Shown piece by piece: positions 46,341 through 60,800 of a stretch of DNA of 64,000 nt; the first letter of the stretch is position 1; every line of letters starts with the position of its first letter. The stretch lies in NCBI GenBank assembly GCA_043228905.1, contig JBHGNT010000020.1, forward strand, positions 4,092,001 to 4,156,000, given 5' to 3'. The notes under the pieces were generated by a model. That model had not been told where the DNA came from. It was given only the letters and a program-made list of their open reading frames with translations, and did not search any database. Origin of the DNA: Azolla caroliniana. Lineage: Eukaryota > Plantae > Polypodiophyta. Made by a program: the position numbers and the translations under genes.

Positions 46341-49300
46341 TGTATTAGAGATGTGATCTAATGTAAGTGTCTGATAAGGAGAAAAGAATGGTAGATAGAT
46401 AGATAGAAAGGACAGAGAGAGAAAGAAGGGTGTCGATCCACCCGACCACCCCCGAGCGAAGGGATCGAGACGGACTCGAGCCTCGATCGATGTCCCATAC
46501 CACTATCTTGGCGTCGAGTCATACTTGGTGTGGCACGCTCGCTACAAGAGTTGAACCTCCATGAAACAAAGTCTCGACGTAGTCAAAAGATGATGAAATG
46601 AGGGTAGCTAGGCCTCTTATTTATAGCGATACCCAAGGCCCCTAGGCAAGTTCACACTTGGCCTAATGGGTTGTCTCAATCCCAAGGATTAAAAGTAATC
46701 CTCCCCTTCTTTACACTCTCGTTTAACCCTCACACTCATCCACGTGTATAGAATACTACGGTAAATTCTCACCACAACATATTACATGGTCATGCCTGTA
46801 ACATACTACCCCTCTTTAAAACATTGCACTCTTGCAATGGAAAGTTAGGGAAGTTAGTTCTAAGAGTATTTTCGCGTTCCCATGTGGCATCTTTTATTGA
46901 TTTATCCATCCATTTTAGTTTAAATTCTCGGATTTCTTTAGTACGTAATTTTTTGGTTTTAAAATCGAGAATTCTTTCTAGTACATGTGGTTTAGAAGAT
47001 AATTCTTCAGAAGTAACTAGAGTTTCAGTTGTAACTGTATTGTCGACAGAACCTAGAAGTTCTTTTCGACGACTCACATGAAAAACTAGATGCATTTCAA
47101 CACCATCGGGAAGAGCGAGACAATAGGCTGATGACCCAATGCATTTGAGGACTGTAAAAGGTCCACAAAACCGTGGGGCTAACTTAGCACACTTACCCTT
47201 AGACAATGTCTTAGAATTGTGAGGTACACGTAAAAATACCTTCTGTCCAGGGTTGAATACACGAGGTTGCCTATGATGATCGGCATAAAAACGCGCTCTG
47301 TCTTGAGCTGTTTTTATATTATCTCGTGCAATATGCAACATATCTTGCATATCCCGAAGAAAGTTTTGCGTACTTCGTAACTCATCATGATGTATATTAA
47401 CATCAATCGAGTCTCGTGGCTGAAAACCATACATCAACATAAAAGGACTATATCCCGTCGACGTATGCTTTGAGTTGTTATAAGCAAACTCCAAAATTGG
47501 GAGATAACGTTCCCATTTTGTTGGTTTTGTACCAATGTATGCTCGAAGCATGTCCTCAATAATTTGATTTACTCGTTCTGTTTGTCCATCGGATTGAGGA
47601 TGATCCATGGAGCTCATGCTCAACGTAGTTTCTAACTTCTTAAAGACTTGCGCCCAGAAGTCACTAGTAAATTTTGGATCTCGATCACTCACGATATCCA
47701 TCGGTAACCCAAAAAAATGAAATAACTCGTCAACAAATTGGTAAGCCAATTCAGGAGCTGTTACCGTGGTTTTAGTAGCAATAAATCTGGCCATTTTAGT
47801 TAGTCGATCAACCACAACCCAGATGGCATCATGGCCTTTTTGGGTGCGAGGAAGGCTAACAATAAAATCCATGGATATACTTTCCCACTTATTGTTGGGA
47901 ATGTCCAAGGGATGTAAAAGTCTTGCGGCTTTAAGTCGCTCGGCTTTGTTAACCTGACATTGGTGACATTTAGTCACATAGCTATGTATGTCAGGGCGCA
48001 TCTTAGGCCAATAGAATTCAGTGGAGATGAGAACGAGTGTACGATGTATTCCAGGGTGCCCCGCAGACGGTGCATCGTGGCATTAAAAAAGAATTCTCTT
48101 TTTGACCTCAGGCAAATCTGGAACACAAACCTTCCCATTACGACAAAGAAGACCGTTAGCAATGTGGAAGTATTCCTTTCAGGATGTGGTGGTGTCTATT
48201 CCAGACTCAACTCTTGCCCAGTATTTCGCAAAATAATTGTCATCAAGATACTTTCTTCGAAGGTGATCATAAAGATATGATGTTATTTCAGTGAAGCTAA
48301 GCATTTAACTTCACGGATGTGACTTAGTGCATTAGCCACAGTGTTCATGGAACCTTTACGATATCGTATGAAAAAATCAAAGTCTTGGATTAGATTAGCC
48401 CATCGTGCCTTACAACCTTTTAGGTCTTGTTGGTCACAAAAATATTTCAAGGACAAGTGGTCCGTAGTTACCACAAAATGATTTCCATAAAGATAATGGT
48501 GCCATGTTTTGAGCGCATGTATAACTGCAAATAACTCCTTTTCTTGAACGGTATACCGACATTGAGTAGAATCAAGTTTCTTACTCTCGAATGCTATTGG
48601 TTTACCATCTTGATATATAAGACAACACCTATAGCATAATTGCTTGCATCGATTTAAACCTCAAAAGGTTTTGAAGGATCAGGTAAAAGAAGTGAAGGAG
48701 CCTTGCACACAAGGTCCTTGAGTTCCTTAAAGGCGAGGTCTAGTGTAACATTCCACACAATAGGTTTTGTAGACTTACGTGTTTGATCTTTTAGAAGATC
48801 AGTAAACGGCGTCGTCAATTGGGAGTAATTACTAAGGGATTTTCGCAAAAACCAGACAAAACCAAGGAATGATCGAACTTCTCGAATATTCCGAAGAGTA
48901 GGCCAAAGCTTGATTTTCTCGATGCGAGAAGGATCAATTTCAACTCCTCATTCGGTTATGCGATGTCCAAGATAAGTAATTGATTTCTTGAAGAACTCAC
49001 ATTTTGAGATCTTCGCATAAAACTGTTTGTCACGCAATGTTTGTAAAACAAAGCGGACATGTTTAGCATGTTCTTGTAATGTACGGCTATAAACTAAAAT
49101 ATCATCCAAGAAAATAACGACAAATTTTCCAAGTTGTTCTCGGAAAATGTCCTGCATTTCTTGTTGAAATGTAGCTGGAGCATTTGTCAAACCAAAAGGC
49201 ATAACCAAAAACTCATAATGGCCATAGCGCGTACGAAATGTCGTTTTAGGAACATCGTCCTTACTTATACGAATTTGATGGTAGCCAATACGGAGATCAA

Positions 49301-51200
49301 GTTCCGTAAAATACCGAGCTCCCTGGAGACGACCATTAGATCGTCAGCCTGGGGCAATGGATACGAATTCTTGATCGTTACTTTATTCAAGCGTTGGTAA
49401 TTAATACACATATGCCATGTGCCCTCTTTCTTTTAACCAAGAGAACAAGTGCAGCCCGTGGAGATTTACTATAACATATATAACCCATTCGTAAATAGTC
49501 CTTGAGTTGCTTAGATACCTCATCCTCTTTGGATTGACTTAAGAGATAAGGAGGTATACTTATTGGTGCAACGCTAGGTACAATATCTATACGATGGTCT
49601 ATATTACGTTTAGGAGGTAACCCATTTGGTAGTTCACTCAGAAAAACATCATGAAAATCATTTAAGATTTCATCAAGTTGTTGTTGTTCAAAATATGTTA
49701 ATTTGAACTGAGACATTATCGATATTGTAAACGTGAATGTCCGGATCAAGTACACAATAAAATAGAGTAGAACAAGACAACTCGGATATTGATGGAGAGG
49801 AAACAATCGAGAGGGATTGTTTTTTTACACATTGAATAAAATGAGTACAATCGTTCAGTACAAAAGTTATTGAATGATGAACCCAATCAATAGATAAAGA
49901 ATAGTTTTTATTATAGAACCAGGGATAACCCTGTATTACATCAGTGGTACAAAGATTCATTACATGGAAGCCTACTTCCTCTATATAAGTATAAATAGAA
50001 ATTCCTAATGAATGAATCGCCCCGTTGATGTATTGTACTCTTCTATCAGCCAAGTGCACCGTATAGGTGTGATCACTTATAGTGGGTTGGATTCCCCATA
50101 TTTAAACCAAACGATCATTCACAAAGTTGTGTGAGCTTCCCGAATCAAACAAAAATTGTATGGGAGATCCATTGATATACCCGTTTGCACGTAGTAAATC
50201 ATTGGGACCCAATACATAGTGAGGGAAAGAACATTGACAATTACTTAAATGATGTGTATAGACCTGAAGGACATTAGGAATCTGACCTTTATGGTCTGCA
50301 GCTTTAGCTTTGCTCTCGTGCTCTTTCCATTGGAGCTTTCGACATTGCTCTTTTGTATGACCCTTCTTTTTGCAGAATGCGCAAAAAGGATGTTGTCGCT
50401 TACAATCGCGATCCATGAATTCATTGGGTGGCTTGCGTTTCCCAGAGAATTGCGATTGCTTAGTCTCGGGCACTTCGTTGGGTTTGTTGTGGTCCTTCTT
50501 CAGAGTGCGTTGATAGCGAAGAACTATTTCAATGACCTCTTCGAAGGATTTTGGATCCTTATCATGCACCATCTAGTGATAGTCTGAATTAGGGACGCCA
50601 TTGACAAAACAAGCTATTAACCAATTGTCCCCTTCTAGACCCGATTTTTGTATTTGGGTTCTAGCATGGTGAACATAGTCTTCTAGCGAGGAAAATTTCC
50701 TGCTAGAGAGGTTCATTAAAGCTTGTGCTGCCTCGATTCGAGAGGGAGGTTGCAGAAATTGGCCCTTAAAAACTGTGACAAAATCTGTCCAAGTATCAGG
50801 CAATTTCCCCAAAGTTCGGAGCCCACGCCACCAGGCGGTAGCCTTACCCCCTAGTTCTCGGCCGATATATGAAATCTTCGTACTATCTAGCGTGGGATAG
50901 AGCTCAAAATGAGACTCCCATCGGCCCAACCACGTGCATATTGCTTCTTCGGTTCTTTCCTTTTTTTCTCCCGTAAATGGCTTAACAACAAACGATGGTT
51001 CACCCTGTCGCTCATCAGGTCTATTAGTCTCATGTTGTAAACTAATGACACGTGCCTCGAGCGCACTTTGAGATTGCCGAAGTTCGGTCATCTATTGAGC
51101 GGTGAAACTAAGGTATTGGCTTATTTATGAAAAATACATCTCAATGGACATTTGTCCAGGAGGATTTCCTTGAGTTCCTTCTGCTTGAGCAGAGGACATC
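46341..51200 (-). mobile_element. Ty3/Gypsy chromovirus (Tekay/Reina-like), decayed; 3' LTR 46341-46803; 5' LTR not seen
   Basis: gag (50573-51091; CAFCKKKGHTKEQC); PR FLFDSGSS; RT FLDDILV; RH TDHLSL; IN (46790-48001) with chromo-like ERILD..FKLKW..ATWE; PPT aaagaggggtagta. Confidence 0.92.
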
Positions 51201-51868
51201 GGGTCGTTATTTGAGCAATTGAATGATTATTTCTGGCAAAGAAATAGGATAAGGTCAAACAAATAGTCATAACATCATGTCGTGATGTAAACATATCATG
51301 GGCAATCATTAATCGATATCATGATCTCACGTCAATAGTAAATACCCCTCTAGACGTATGAGATGAGGTTGAAGATTAGGTTACTATCGTAACCCAAAGG
51401 TGTTTTTAAAACCATGGGGGTGACAAATTAATGTCTTTCCCTGATCTCTATATCGAGTTTTTCATGGTGGCTCCCCGAGGCTCAACCATGTATGTTCTGG
51501 TCATGAATAGTTTAAAAACGAAAAACATGTTAACAATAAACTATTTTCGGTGCCCACATATGTGGTTTCGGCTCTTTAAGTCCTATTACGAGGACCACGA
51601 AGTGCACTTAGACCTCAAATCTAAACATGTGTCATAGTCATATGTATCAACGATGTTGTATGGTCTTGGTCATATTTGAACTCGAAACCCCGAGAACAAA
51701 TGCAATAAACACTTGAGCCAACCAAGTAGGTTGCTCTTCTTGAATGTTTAATATTTAATACGTATAAGAGATATGTGAGGCATTTGCCCATATATGTTTT
51801 TTTAAAAGAAACATATATGTCAAGAGTCCTTATTTCCCCCTCATTTACCACAAACTTTGTTGGTACGT

Positions 51869-52525
51869 TGTCGCGTTGTTACACGTGTGCGTGGAGAACG
51901 AGGCGGGACCACCGGGGTCTTGAACCGAGAAATAGCTGAGAAGGAGGAGAACGGAAAGGCAACGGACGCGCTTGCACACACATAGACACGGGAGCACACA
52001 TGAATCACAGTCCAACAACACAGCAAACGAGACAACTAGAAGTCTAAGTATATGAACACGTATGTATATAAATATATATATATATCGAGACGGTTACAAC
52101 TAACAGGCTGGCAAGGCGAGCACCGACGCCTGTTCATTCACACACAGAAGAGCGAGATGGAGACTCTGCCGGAAGCACACGGGCGTTCCACGGAACGGAG
52201 TCAACCTCCCGAAAACCTGCGCGCAACGGCTATGGAGAGTGGTAGAGGAGAAGGGCTCGGTCCCAGTCTGACAGCACTTCGTCCTCTCTAACGCGCGATC
52301 CCTTTTCCATTCCTCTCCCTCTCTTTTATAGCCCAAGGAGGGAGGCCGTTATCATCCGTTACATCACATTAAATATCTCCCTATTGAATGCGTGCTACCT
52401 AGGATTTCACCTTAGCCGACTTGTACCTACCTACTTACTATACAACGAAAAGTGTGCTCGCGTGTAAGGGCCGGTTTACGCACGCTAAACTCGGTTTCCG
52501 CCTAGGGACGGTTTTCTTCACGACA
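51869..52525 (-). repeat. 3' LTR of the fungal-type Gypsy
   Basis: TGTCG...CGACA; matches 63713-64000 with roughly 6% differences by eye, mostly transitions. Confidence 0.93.
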
Positions 52526-52600
52526 TCCGCCCCCACCTAACCGCGCATCCACCGGTATGCGCCAAAATTGGGCTCTTGCTGGAGAAAACCGGTCCGTGCT

Positions 52601-55600
52601 TTACTCCTCGTCTTCCGGTTCGTCATCCACCTCGGACCGCCCGTCGTCGCCGTCCATGCTTTCTAGATCCGGCTCACGCTCGTGTCGTTTCTTAAACGCT
52701 TTGACCCTTTTCCCCGCCACCGGTATTGACATCCTCGTACCGTCGAGCTCCGCAAGATGGTAGGTCCCGTTATCGTTGGCGCTTGTCACCACGTAAGGCC
52801 CGAACCACGTCCTTGCAAACTTCCGCGTTGCCCTGTGCTAGTTGTCGAGGCTGCTGTCATACACTAGGACCTAGTCGCCTTCCTCGATTTTCTTCGGTCA
52901 CAGTCGGTGAGCCTGGTCAAACCGCCCTTTGTTCTTCAACCTTGCCAACCGAAGCTTCTCCGCGGCTCGATCCACGTTCTCCGGCCTTCGCTCGAGCTTT
53001 CGAATCCGTGCCGCTAGCAGCTCCTCCCGGCTCATCTCATCTCTCCAGTCCACCGTGGCCCATGAGGAGATGGTTTGCTCTGTTGGCATGATCGGCCTCT
53101 GTCCGTACATAAGCTTTGCCGGCATGAACCCGGTTACTGAACTGTGCGTAGTTCGGTCCGCCCACAAGGCATAAGGTAACAGTCGCGGCCAGTTCCCGAC
53201 ATGGCCTTCACATGCCCGTACTAGCGCTTTGACGATCGGCCCATGTCCGCGCTCCACCTTCCCGTTAGCCTCCGGATTGTACGCCGTGGTGAGCGAGAGT
53301 TTGACCCCTAGTCGGTCAAATAGCTCTTCAACCTCTTGCGCGTCCAACTCTCCGCGGTCAGCCACGATCCTCCCGACACACCCGTACCGACACACTACCT
53401 CTTCGATCAGGAACCAGCATACCGCCGCGGTTGTCTTGTTCTGTAGTGTCCAGCCTTCCACCTAGTTCGTTAAGTCTTCCCGCGCAAGCACCAGGTATCG
53501 CATCTGTCCAACTCCCGTCGGCATCATCACCAAGTCCACCATCCACTTGAAGTGGACGGTCGGAGGGTAGGTCGGGTGAAGCTTGTCCCGGTGTCGGACT
53601 GTGGAGTGCATCTGACAGCTTTCGAAAGTCGTCACGAACCAATGCACGTCCCGGTACAGTCCCGGCCACCAATACTTCCCCTTTACCTTCTCGAACGTGG
53701 CCCACGTTCCGCGGTGTTCGGCCCAGGGACTCTCATGGTAGGCCTCCAGCAATTCCTCCTGCTCCTCCTTCTTTGCCACCACTCGGAGCGGGATGTCGTC
53801 CCTCTTCTTCGGGTGCTTCCATATGTACCCATCCCGAAGGAAGAATCGGTACGCTTTCTTCCGAATCCGGTTGGTCTCCTCCTTTGTCCACGCCGCATCT
53901 GGTGTCATTGTTTTCAGGAGACCGCCGATCTGGAGCCACTCCCGGTCATACTTGCTCTCGTCAAATTCGTTAAGCGCCGGAGTGCTCCCCTTTCTGGTTG
54001 TCACGTATGTCACCTCGAAGAAATCTACGCCGACTTCCTCGTCCTCCGAAACCATGTCGTCCTCGTTTTCGAACATCGCCCTTGAGAGCTTGTCGGCCAT
54101 GGCATTGTCTTTTTCGAAAATGTGTTGTATCTCCGGATTCAGGGACTTGATGTAGGCTATCCACCTCAGCATTGCCAGGTCCGGCGTCGCGCATCCGGAA
54201 ACCATGCCGAGAATCGGCAGGCAGTCCATCTCTATTAATACCTCTATCCCGATCAAGTAGTCTTTATCGGCCTTCACCGCCGAAACGATACCCCAGAGTT
54301 CGCGTTTAACCTGGGCGTATCCTCGCTGTCGCTCATTGAGAACCTTCGCGCCGAACCGGATGGGGAACCTCGTGCCAACGTCATCCTCTTGGTTGATCAC
54401 CCATCCGATCCCGGTCAGACTCGTGTCTTCGGTTACGTAAATCGGAGTGTCTTTGCCGTAGACAGCCTTTCGGAGCACTAGTGTCGTGGCAAGTGCTTCC
54501 TTCATCTTTCGGACTGACTCCGTATGCTCATCTCCCCACTCGAATTTACGCCCTTTCTTCAGCAACCCATACAGCGGCTCCGCGACGTGGGCGTAATGCG
54601 GGATCCAGATATGGTAGAACGCGCATGCTCCCAAGAATCTCCGAACCTCCGTAACCAAATTGCAGTTATGCTTCATCGCGGAGATGGCTTCCACCTTGGC
54701 CGGAGACGGTTTCCGATCGTATGGTCCGCATAGGTGCCCGACGACCATGATCTCTGATTGCCTGAAGGCCGATTTTTCCCCGGAGAAGGTGAACCACGCG
54801 CCTTCTAGTCTCTGCAGCACCTTCTCGCAGTCATCGATGTGAGTCGCCATGAAATTCCGACATCCGTCCAGTCCGATTGTCTCGTCCTTTTCCTCCACCG
54901 GGCATCCCCTGATCGAGATGTCGTCTAAGAATGGCATGGTGATGTCCGGGATACAGTCCCTGAGCACTTTGTTCATTGCGTTCACCATGTGAGCCACTGA
55001 GTTCGTCCCTCCTTGTGGTAGGGTACACATCCGCACAAGGCCGAGAGGAGTTCGCATCGTCGTAATGTCTCTGCTCTCCACGGCTAGTTGGAACTGATCG
55101 TACCCTGAGTACAAATCACCGACAGAGTAAATCGACCTTCCGGCGAAGGCCTCCGTGAACTCGTCTATGGTCAGTCCGATTCCTGCGTTCCGAATGGTCA
55201 CCTTGTTGACCGGTTGCAGGTCCTGAATGAAGCACAGCATGTCGTTCTTCTTCGGCACCGTAAACCACCGGTTCGAATACGGGGCACTTGACGGTTCGAG
55301 GATACCCATCTCCACCTTTTGCTTCAAAAGCTCCATCAACTTCAGGATGTGAGCTCTCGGCACAGGAATCGGTTTGAGATTCCACGGTACATGCAGTACC
55401 GTGAAGATCACCATCGGTTCGACGATCGTCGGGTCCACGCACCCGATCTCCCCCGGCGAGAACGCGAAGGCTTTCCCATGCCTTCCGAGCATTCTCCGAA
55501 ACCTGTTCTCCTCCTCCGGCAGTAGAAAGCCACCCCCACCGACCTTGAGCTCCTGTAGCGTTATGTCGGTGAACCAGTGCCCTATGCCAGCCGGATTCCG

Positions 55601-56095
55601 TAAACTTGGGTCCGACACGACCCCTTTTATCCGCTCCTCGCTGCCCTCCAACAAGGGTGCCGCTACTGGCCTCACCTTCCGGTCCATAGTCTTGTACTTC
55701 GTGTCCACCCAGGCCGTCCGATCCGACCCGAGCCCGTTATAGAAGTTGGTGATGACTTCGTACATCCCTTCCGAACATACCGGAATCGTCTGGTCCTCTT
55801 TAAGGCCTCCTCCGACCACCTCTCGTAACTGACCCAAGGTGTCGTCGAAGGATACCGCCTCCACGGCTCCACTGATTTCCTCTCCAGGGCCGAGGACTCC
55901 GCATGCCCGAAGTCGCTCCTCCGCCCTCTTCTTCTCCCGGCCAACGATGCTGGCAATCGTACAACCCCCGCTGTCGGAGAACCAAAATTTCCTACTGATG
56001 GTATAGGTCTTCTTCCCTATTGTACATTTGTGGGATTTTTCCGGGGTGTCCGGACTATCGTGGCCCCACGCCTTGATAGCCCTCTCTAAAAATCC
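52601..56095 (-). pseudogene. pol (RT-RNase H-integrase) of the fungal-type Gypsy, in the -1 frame relative to gag-PR
   Basis: Frame open from the slippery site at 56095 through ORF 53462-55864; one in-frame TAG at 53462; continues in 52898-53461 and 52601-52792. Confidence 0.9.
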
Positions 56096-57846
56096 CCTCG
56101 GGTTTCACCACTGAGGGTCTCGCGGTTACGCTCATGATTTGGTCGCACCGTCAAGAACTGGACCGAGTGACGCTCGTCCTGGCTCTTGACTCTTGCATAG
56201 GCCGAACCGTTGTTCAGCACCTTGATCTCCATCCGTGCCGCCGTGATGTATGGTTCTCCTATTATAACCAGATGTGAGGACGTCTCCTGCATGAAGAAGT
56301 GTTGGTCGACCTCGACATCTCCGATTTTCACCCGTACGTTCGGGCAAGCTCCATGTAGTTCTTCCGTGGCGCGCTTCGCAGCTCGTATTTTCCAGCCGTG
56401 TTTGGTGTTGATCGGCCATTTCCCCTTTTTGTAGAAGTCCAAGGACATCAAGTTGATTTCTAAACCGTGGTCCACCAACGCCACAACCGGCTCCTGAACA
56501 TCCCCGATCTTAACAGGGGTCTCCGTGGTCGCTCTAGCCCAGTGTGGCCTCGAATAGTGGCTCTCCGCCAACTCGTCTTCCAGCGCCATGTCCTCTATGT
56601 GCGTCGCTCGCACTTCCACCGGCTTCTCCGGCTCTGGTTCTGTCGACAGCCTCTTCCTCTTCACCAAGTCTACGATGGAGTCGTGGAACTCCTTCTTGGC
56701 GATCCTGAGCACTTCACTCAGGGACAACTCCACTTTGCTATCGAGGATACGTTCCTCCAAGACCTTTCGCAGGTCTGTCGTCCTTTCGATTTCCGTGCTC
56801 AAATGGTACCCGTCCTTCTTGGCTTTATCCGATGCGCCGGTCGCACCGGCCTCATTCTGCCTTTGACCGAATCGGGTCTCGTACCATTGCAAGGGCCCGG
56901 CCCCTCCGGATTTACCTACTTGCTTGTCTTCCACCAGAGCCTCGTAGTTCTGGCATGCGGCTTCAACAAAGCCCATCTTCTCTTCGACCGGGTCACTTCA
57001 CCCGGTTACCTCCCGGACCCGTTTTTCCGCACGGTCCGCTTCTTCTTTCCTTAGCCGTGTGCCGGCGAGGCCTTCCAGCATCAGCGGCCAGAATCCAGCT
57101 TCGTTCATCTTCCGGGCCTCACTACCTCCGACCCGGATCCCAACTGACGCCGAGTAGTGGACGATCTCCGCGTGGTGAGCCGCCGCTTCTTCCATCAGCT
57201 GTTTCATACCCCCTCGTCCGACATTCAGGTTCAGGGCCCTTCGGGTCTCACTAGCGTGCACCCGACCGTTCCATAGGTACACCACGTTGGCTCTCATTGC
57301 CTCGGCGAAGTTCCGCAGTCCTTCTGGATGTGGTCGACCTCATCGCACCACAAACACCGGTTTCCAGCCAGAGGCCTTCGGTCACGAGCCTGTTCGCCGC
57401 CGTCCCTCTGTGCCTGTGCAATCTGGAGGTCCTTTACCATCCTAGTCAGCTCCTCTAGAGCTGCTCCTCCGGACGAGCCTTTGACCATGCCGGTCGAAGT
57501 CAATCCGATCTCGAGCCAGTCTTGGGTCTCTTCCCTTCGCACTGGCGGGGTTGGCTTGAGTTTCTTTGCTGCTACAGAGCCCGCCCCTATTGATCCTTTA
57601 TCGACCCACTCTCGCCATTTGTCGAAACGGCCACAGACTCTCTTCACCACGGCCCAGTCAGTCGTTAGCCCGTCATCAGTCTCCAGCAGGAGACCCACTT
57701 GCTCCCAGTCCCTTGCATCCACCAACTTAACGAATAGCAAGACGTGACTTGTGTCTAGTACGGTTCGGTCGAGCGCCGAAAGACGCGCGAAGCGTTCTTC
57801 AAACTCCCGGAGGAGCACCGACGCATTTCTCCCCTTTTCGGGGGTC
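56086..57846 (-). pseudogene. gag C-terminus and aspartic protease of the fungal-type Gypsy
   Basis: CLWCDEVDHIQKDC zinc knuckle; ALVDHGLEINLM and IIGEPY protease motifs; ends RGDF-stop. Confidence 0.85.
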
Positions 57847-57851
57847 CCTAC

Positions 57852-60800
57852 TGTTGGAGACGAGGTCGTCAATGCGGAAGATCAAGAAGCATTCGATTGG
57901 TGTTCAGTACCTGCGTATGACAGTTTCTAGGTCGTTGCACAGAGAGAGAGAGAGAGAGAGAGACAAAAGAACTTTCTATTCCACAAAGCAATAATACAAC
58001 ACCCAACCTTACAAAAAGGTTACAAGGTCACTATATATAGTGACCGACTTAGGGCAACTACCCTTTATGCTAATTACACAAATGGCCCAAAGGGATAGTG
58101 TGAATACGTCCATTATACACTTGTATTCGACACTCCCCCATAATGGGCGTATACATGGGTTATCTGAGATTACAGGTATAGACTTAGGTTCTCGGACATA
58201 TCAGCTTTGTTCGAGTCGGCAGGGTCCGAAGGCAGAAGACCGAACTGGTCGGGTCGGAACAGTTGAAGCCGATCATTAAGGAACTGATGTCAGTTGTCGG
58301 GAACCATCCTGCTCTGTGTTCGGCTCTAACCGGACTGGTTTGTCGTTACGCCCATCTGATGCCGAAGAAACCGAAAGCGGTCTGCCGAAAGACACTTGGT
58401 CATTCCATCTGCGACATTGTCGATTGTGGATATTTTCTCTAGACCGATTTTCCCTGAAATGACGCAGTCCCGAACGAAGTGATATCGAACGTCGATATGT
58501 TTGGAGGCGTTGTGGTGAACCGGATTTTTCGACAAGGCAACAACACCTTGACTGTCGCTGTAGACAACTGGAGCCGAGTCATGGTCGACTTGTCGAAACG
58601 TGTGCGCCAGCCGACCGAGCCACAAAGCTTCTTTTGCTGCGTCGGACGCAGCTACATATTCTGCTTCGGTCGTTGAGGTCGCTGTGCACTCCTGAAGTTT
58701 CGACTTCCACGAGATTGCTCCATTGCCGAATTTGAAGCAGTATCCGGTTGTTGATTTCCGACTGTCTATACAGCCGGCGAAGTCCGAGTCGGTGTAACCG
58801 ACTACGCCTGAGGTTCGGTTCGGACCGAAAAGAATGCCATGGTCTTTTGTGCCAGCCAGATATCTGAACACATGCTTGACTGCGTTCCAATGCGATCGGC
58901 CAGGATTGTGCATAAATCTGCTAACGACTCCTACGGCATGAGAAATATCAGGCCGTGTCGCGACCATCAGGTACATAAGGGAGCCGACTGCCGGTGCATA
59001 CGGTACCGACTTCATATCTTCCCCCTCCGGGCCGGATGTCGGGCAGTCTCGCTGAGAGATCCGAAGATTCATTGGGAGCGAGGTTGAAGCAGATTTGGCT
59101 GATTGCATGTTGAAGCGTTCCAAGACACGTCGGATATAGTCGGTCTGAGACAAAAAAAGATGTCGTTTATCGCGATGCCGACTAATCTTCATGCCGAGTA
59201 TGTGTCGTGCCGGACCGAGGTCCTTCATGGCAAACTTCAACCGCAGTTGCCGAATGAGATCGGCAAGTTCGCCCGCGTGGCGTCCAGAAATTAGCATGTC
59301 GTCCACGTAAATGATGAGGAAGATGGGTGATCCATCTTGAGCTGTGTTGGTGAAGAGACAATGGTCCTCATCGCTTTTTGAGAAGCCGATCGATTGGATG
59401 AAGTCGTCGAACTTCTTGTACCATTGTCGCGGTGCTTGTTTGAGGCCGTATAGACTCTTCCTGAGTCGGCAGACTAGATGTTCTTGGCCAGTTGCCACGA
59501 AGCCTTTTGGCTGCTCCATATAAATTTCCTCTTCAAGATCACCATGGAGGAATGTTGTTTTGACATCTAGCTGAATCAGCTCTAAGTTGTCGGCTGCCAC
59601 TACGCCGAGTAGAAAACGAAGGGTTGTCATTTTCACCACTGGTGAAAAAATCTCGTCGAAGTCGACGCCATATTCTTGTCGGAAGCCCTTCGCAACTAAT
59701 CTGGCCTTGTACTTTGGGGTGGTCGAATCAGACGTCTCTTTTAGTCGATAAACCCACTTGCAAGGAAGAGCACGTCGGTTCCTAGGTAATTCGACCAGAT
59801 CCCAAGTCTTGTTTGCCCAAATGGAGTGCATTTCCGACTCCATCGCCAGATGCCAGGTGGCTGAATCGACAGATGTCGATGCTTCTTCGTAAGACGTCGG
59901 TTCGCCGGCGTCGGTGAAGAAAATTCCAGGAGAATACCTCTCCGGAGGTTGCGACAGTCTCTCGGATCGTCGAGGTATGATTGAACTGGTCGCATCGGGT
60001 ATCGAGGTCGGATGGTCCGAAAGCGGACTATTCTGCTGTGCCGAGTCGGAGTTGTCCGAGTCGGTAGTGTAAGGTTCAGCTACCCGTGAAGCTGACCGTG
60101 TGTTAAGAGCGGGGCCTTCTTGAAGGGTCGGCACATCGGAAAATGTTACCCTTCGGACTTCGACCGGTTTTTCGACTGATGGATTCATAGCCGACTCGTT
60201 GAACACAACGTCCGAACTTCGAACGATTTGTCTGCGTTCGGGGTCCCAGAGTCGGTATCCCATTTCGCCGTCTGATCCATATCCAAGGAAAATGCATTTC
60301 CTGGACCGAGGTGCAAGTTTTCGGCGATCATCTTTCGGAATAAGGGCGTACGCCTCGCATCCGAAGATCCTCAGCTTGTCGTAATTCGGCTTACTGCCGA
60401 TCCATAGTTCTTGAGGAATTTGAAGTCCTAGAGGTCTACTTGGCGACATATTGATTATGTGTACTGCTGTGAGTAGAGCCTCTGCCCAGAAGCCATCCGA
60501 CAGTCCGGAGTGTTGGAGCATGGAAACTATCCGTTCTTGGATTGTCCGATTCATGCGTTCGGCAATCCCGTTTTGCTCCGGGCTGTGTGGTGCCGTAAAT
60601 TCACGTCGGATGCCGCGTTGTCGGCAGAATTTGACGAAGTCATCGGATTTGAACTCTCCCCCATTGTCGGTCCGAAAGCATTTCAGTTTTCGGTCGGTTT
60701 GATTTTCTACCATAGCGAGCCAATCTGAGAAGATCGAGAAGACCCGATCTTTGGTGCGAATCGGATAAGCCCACACCTTTCGAGTCGAATCGTCAATAAA

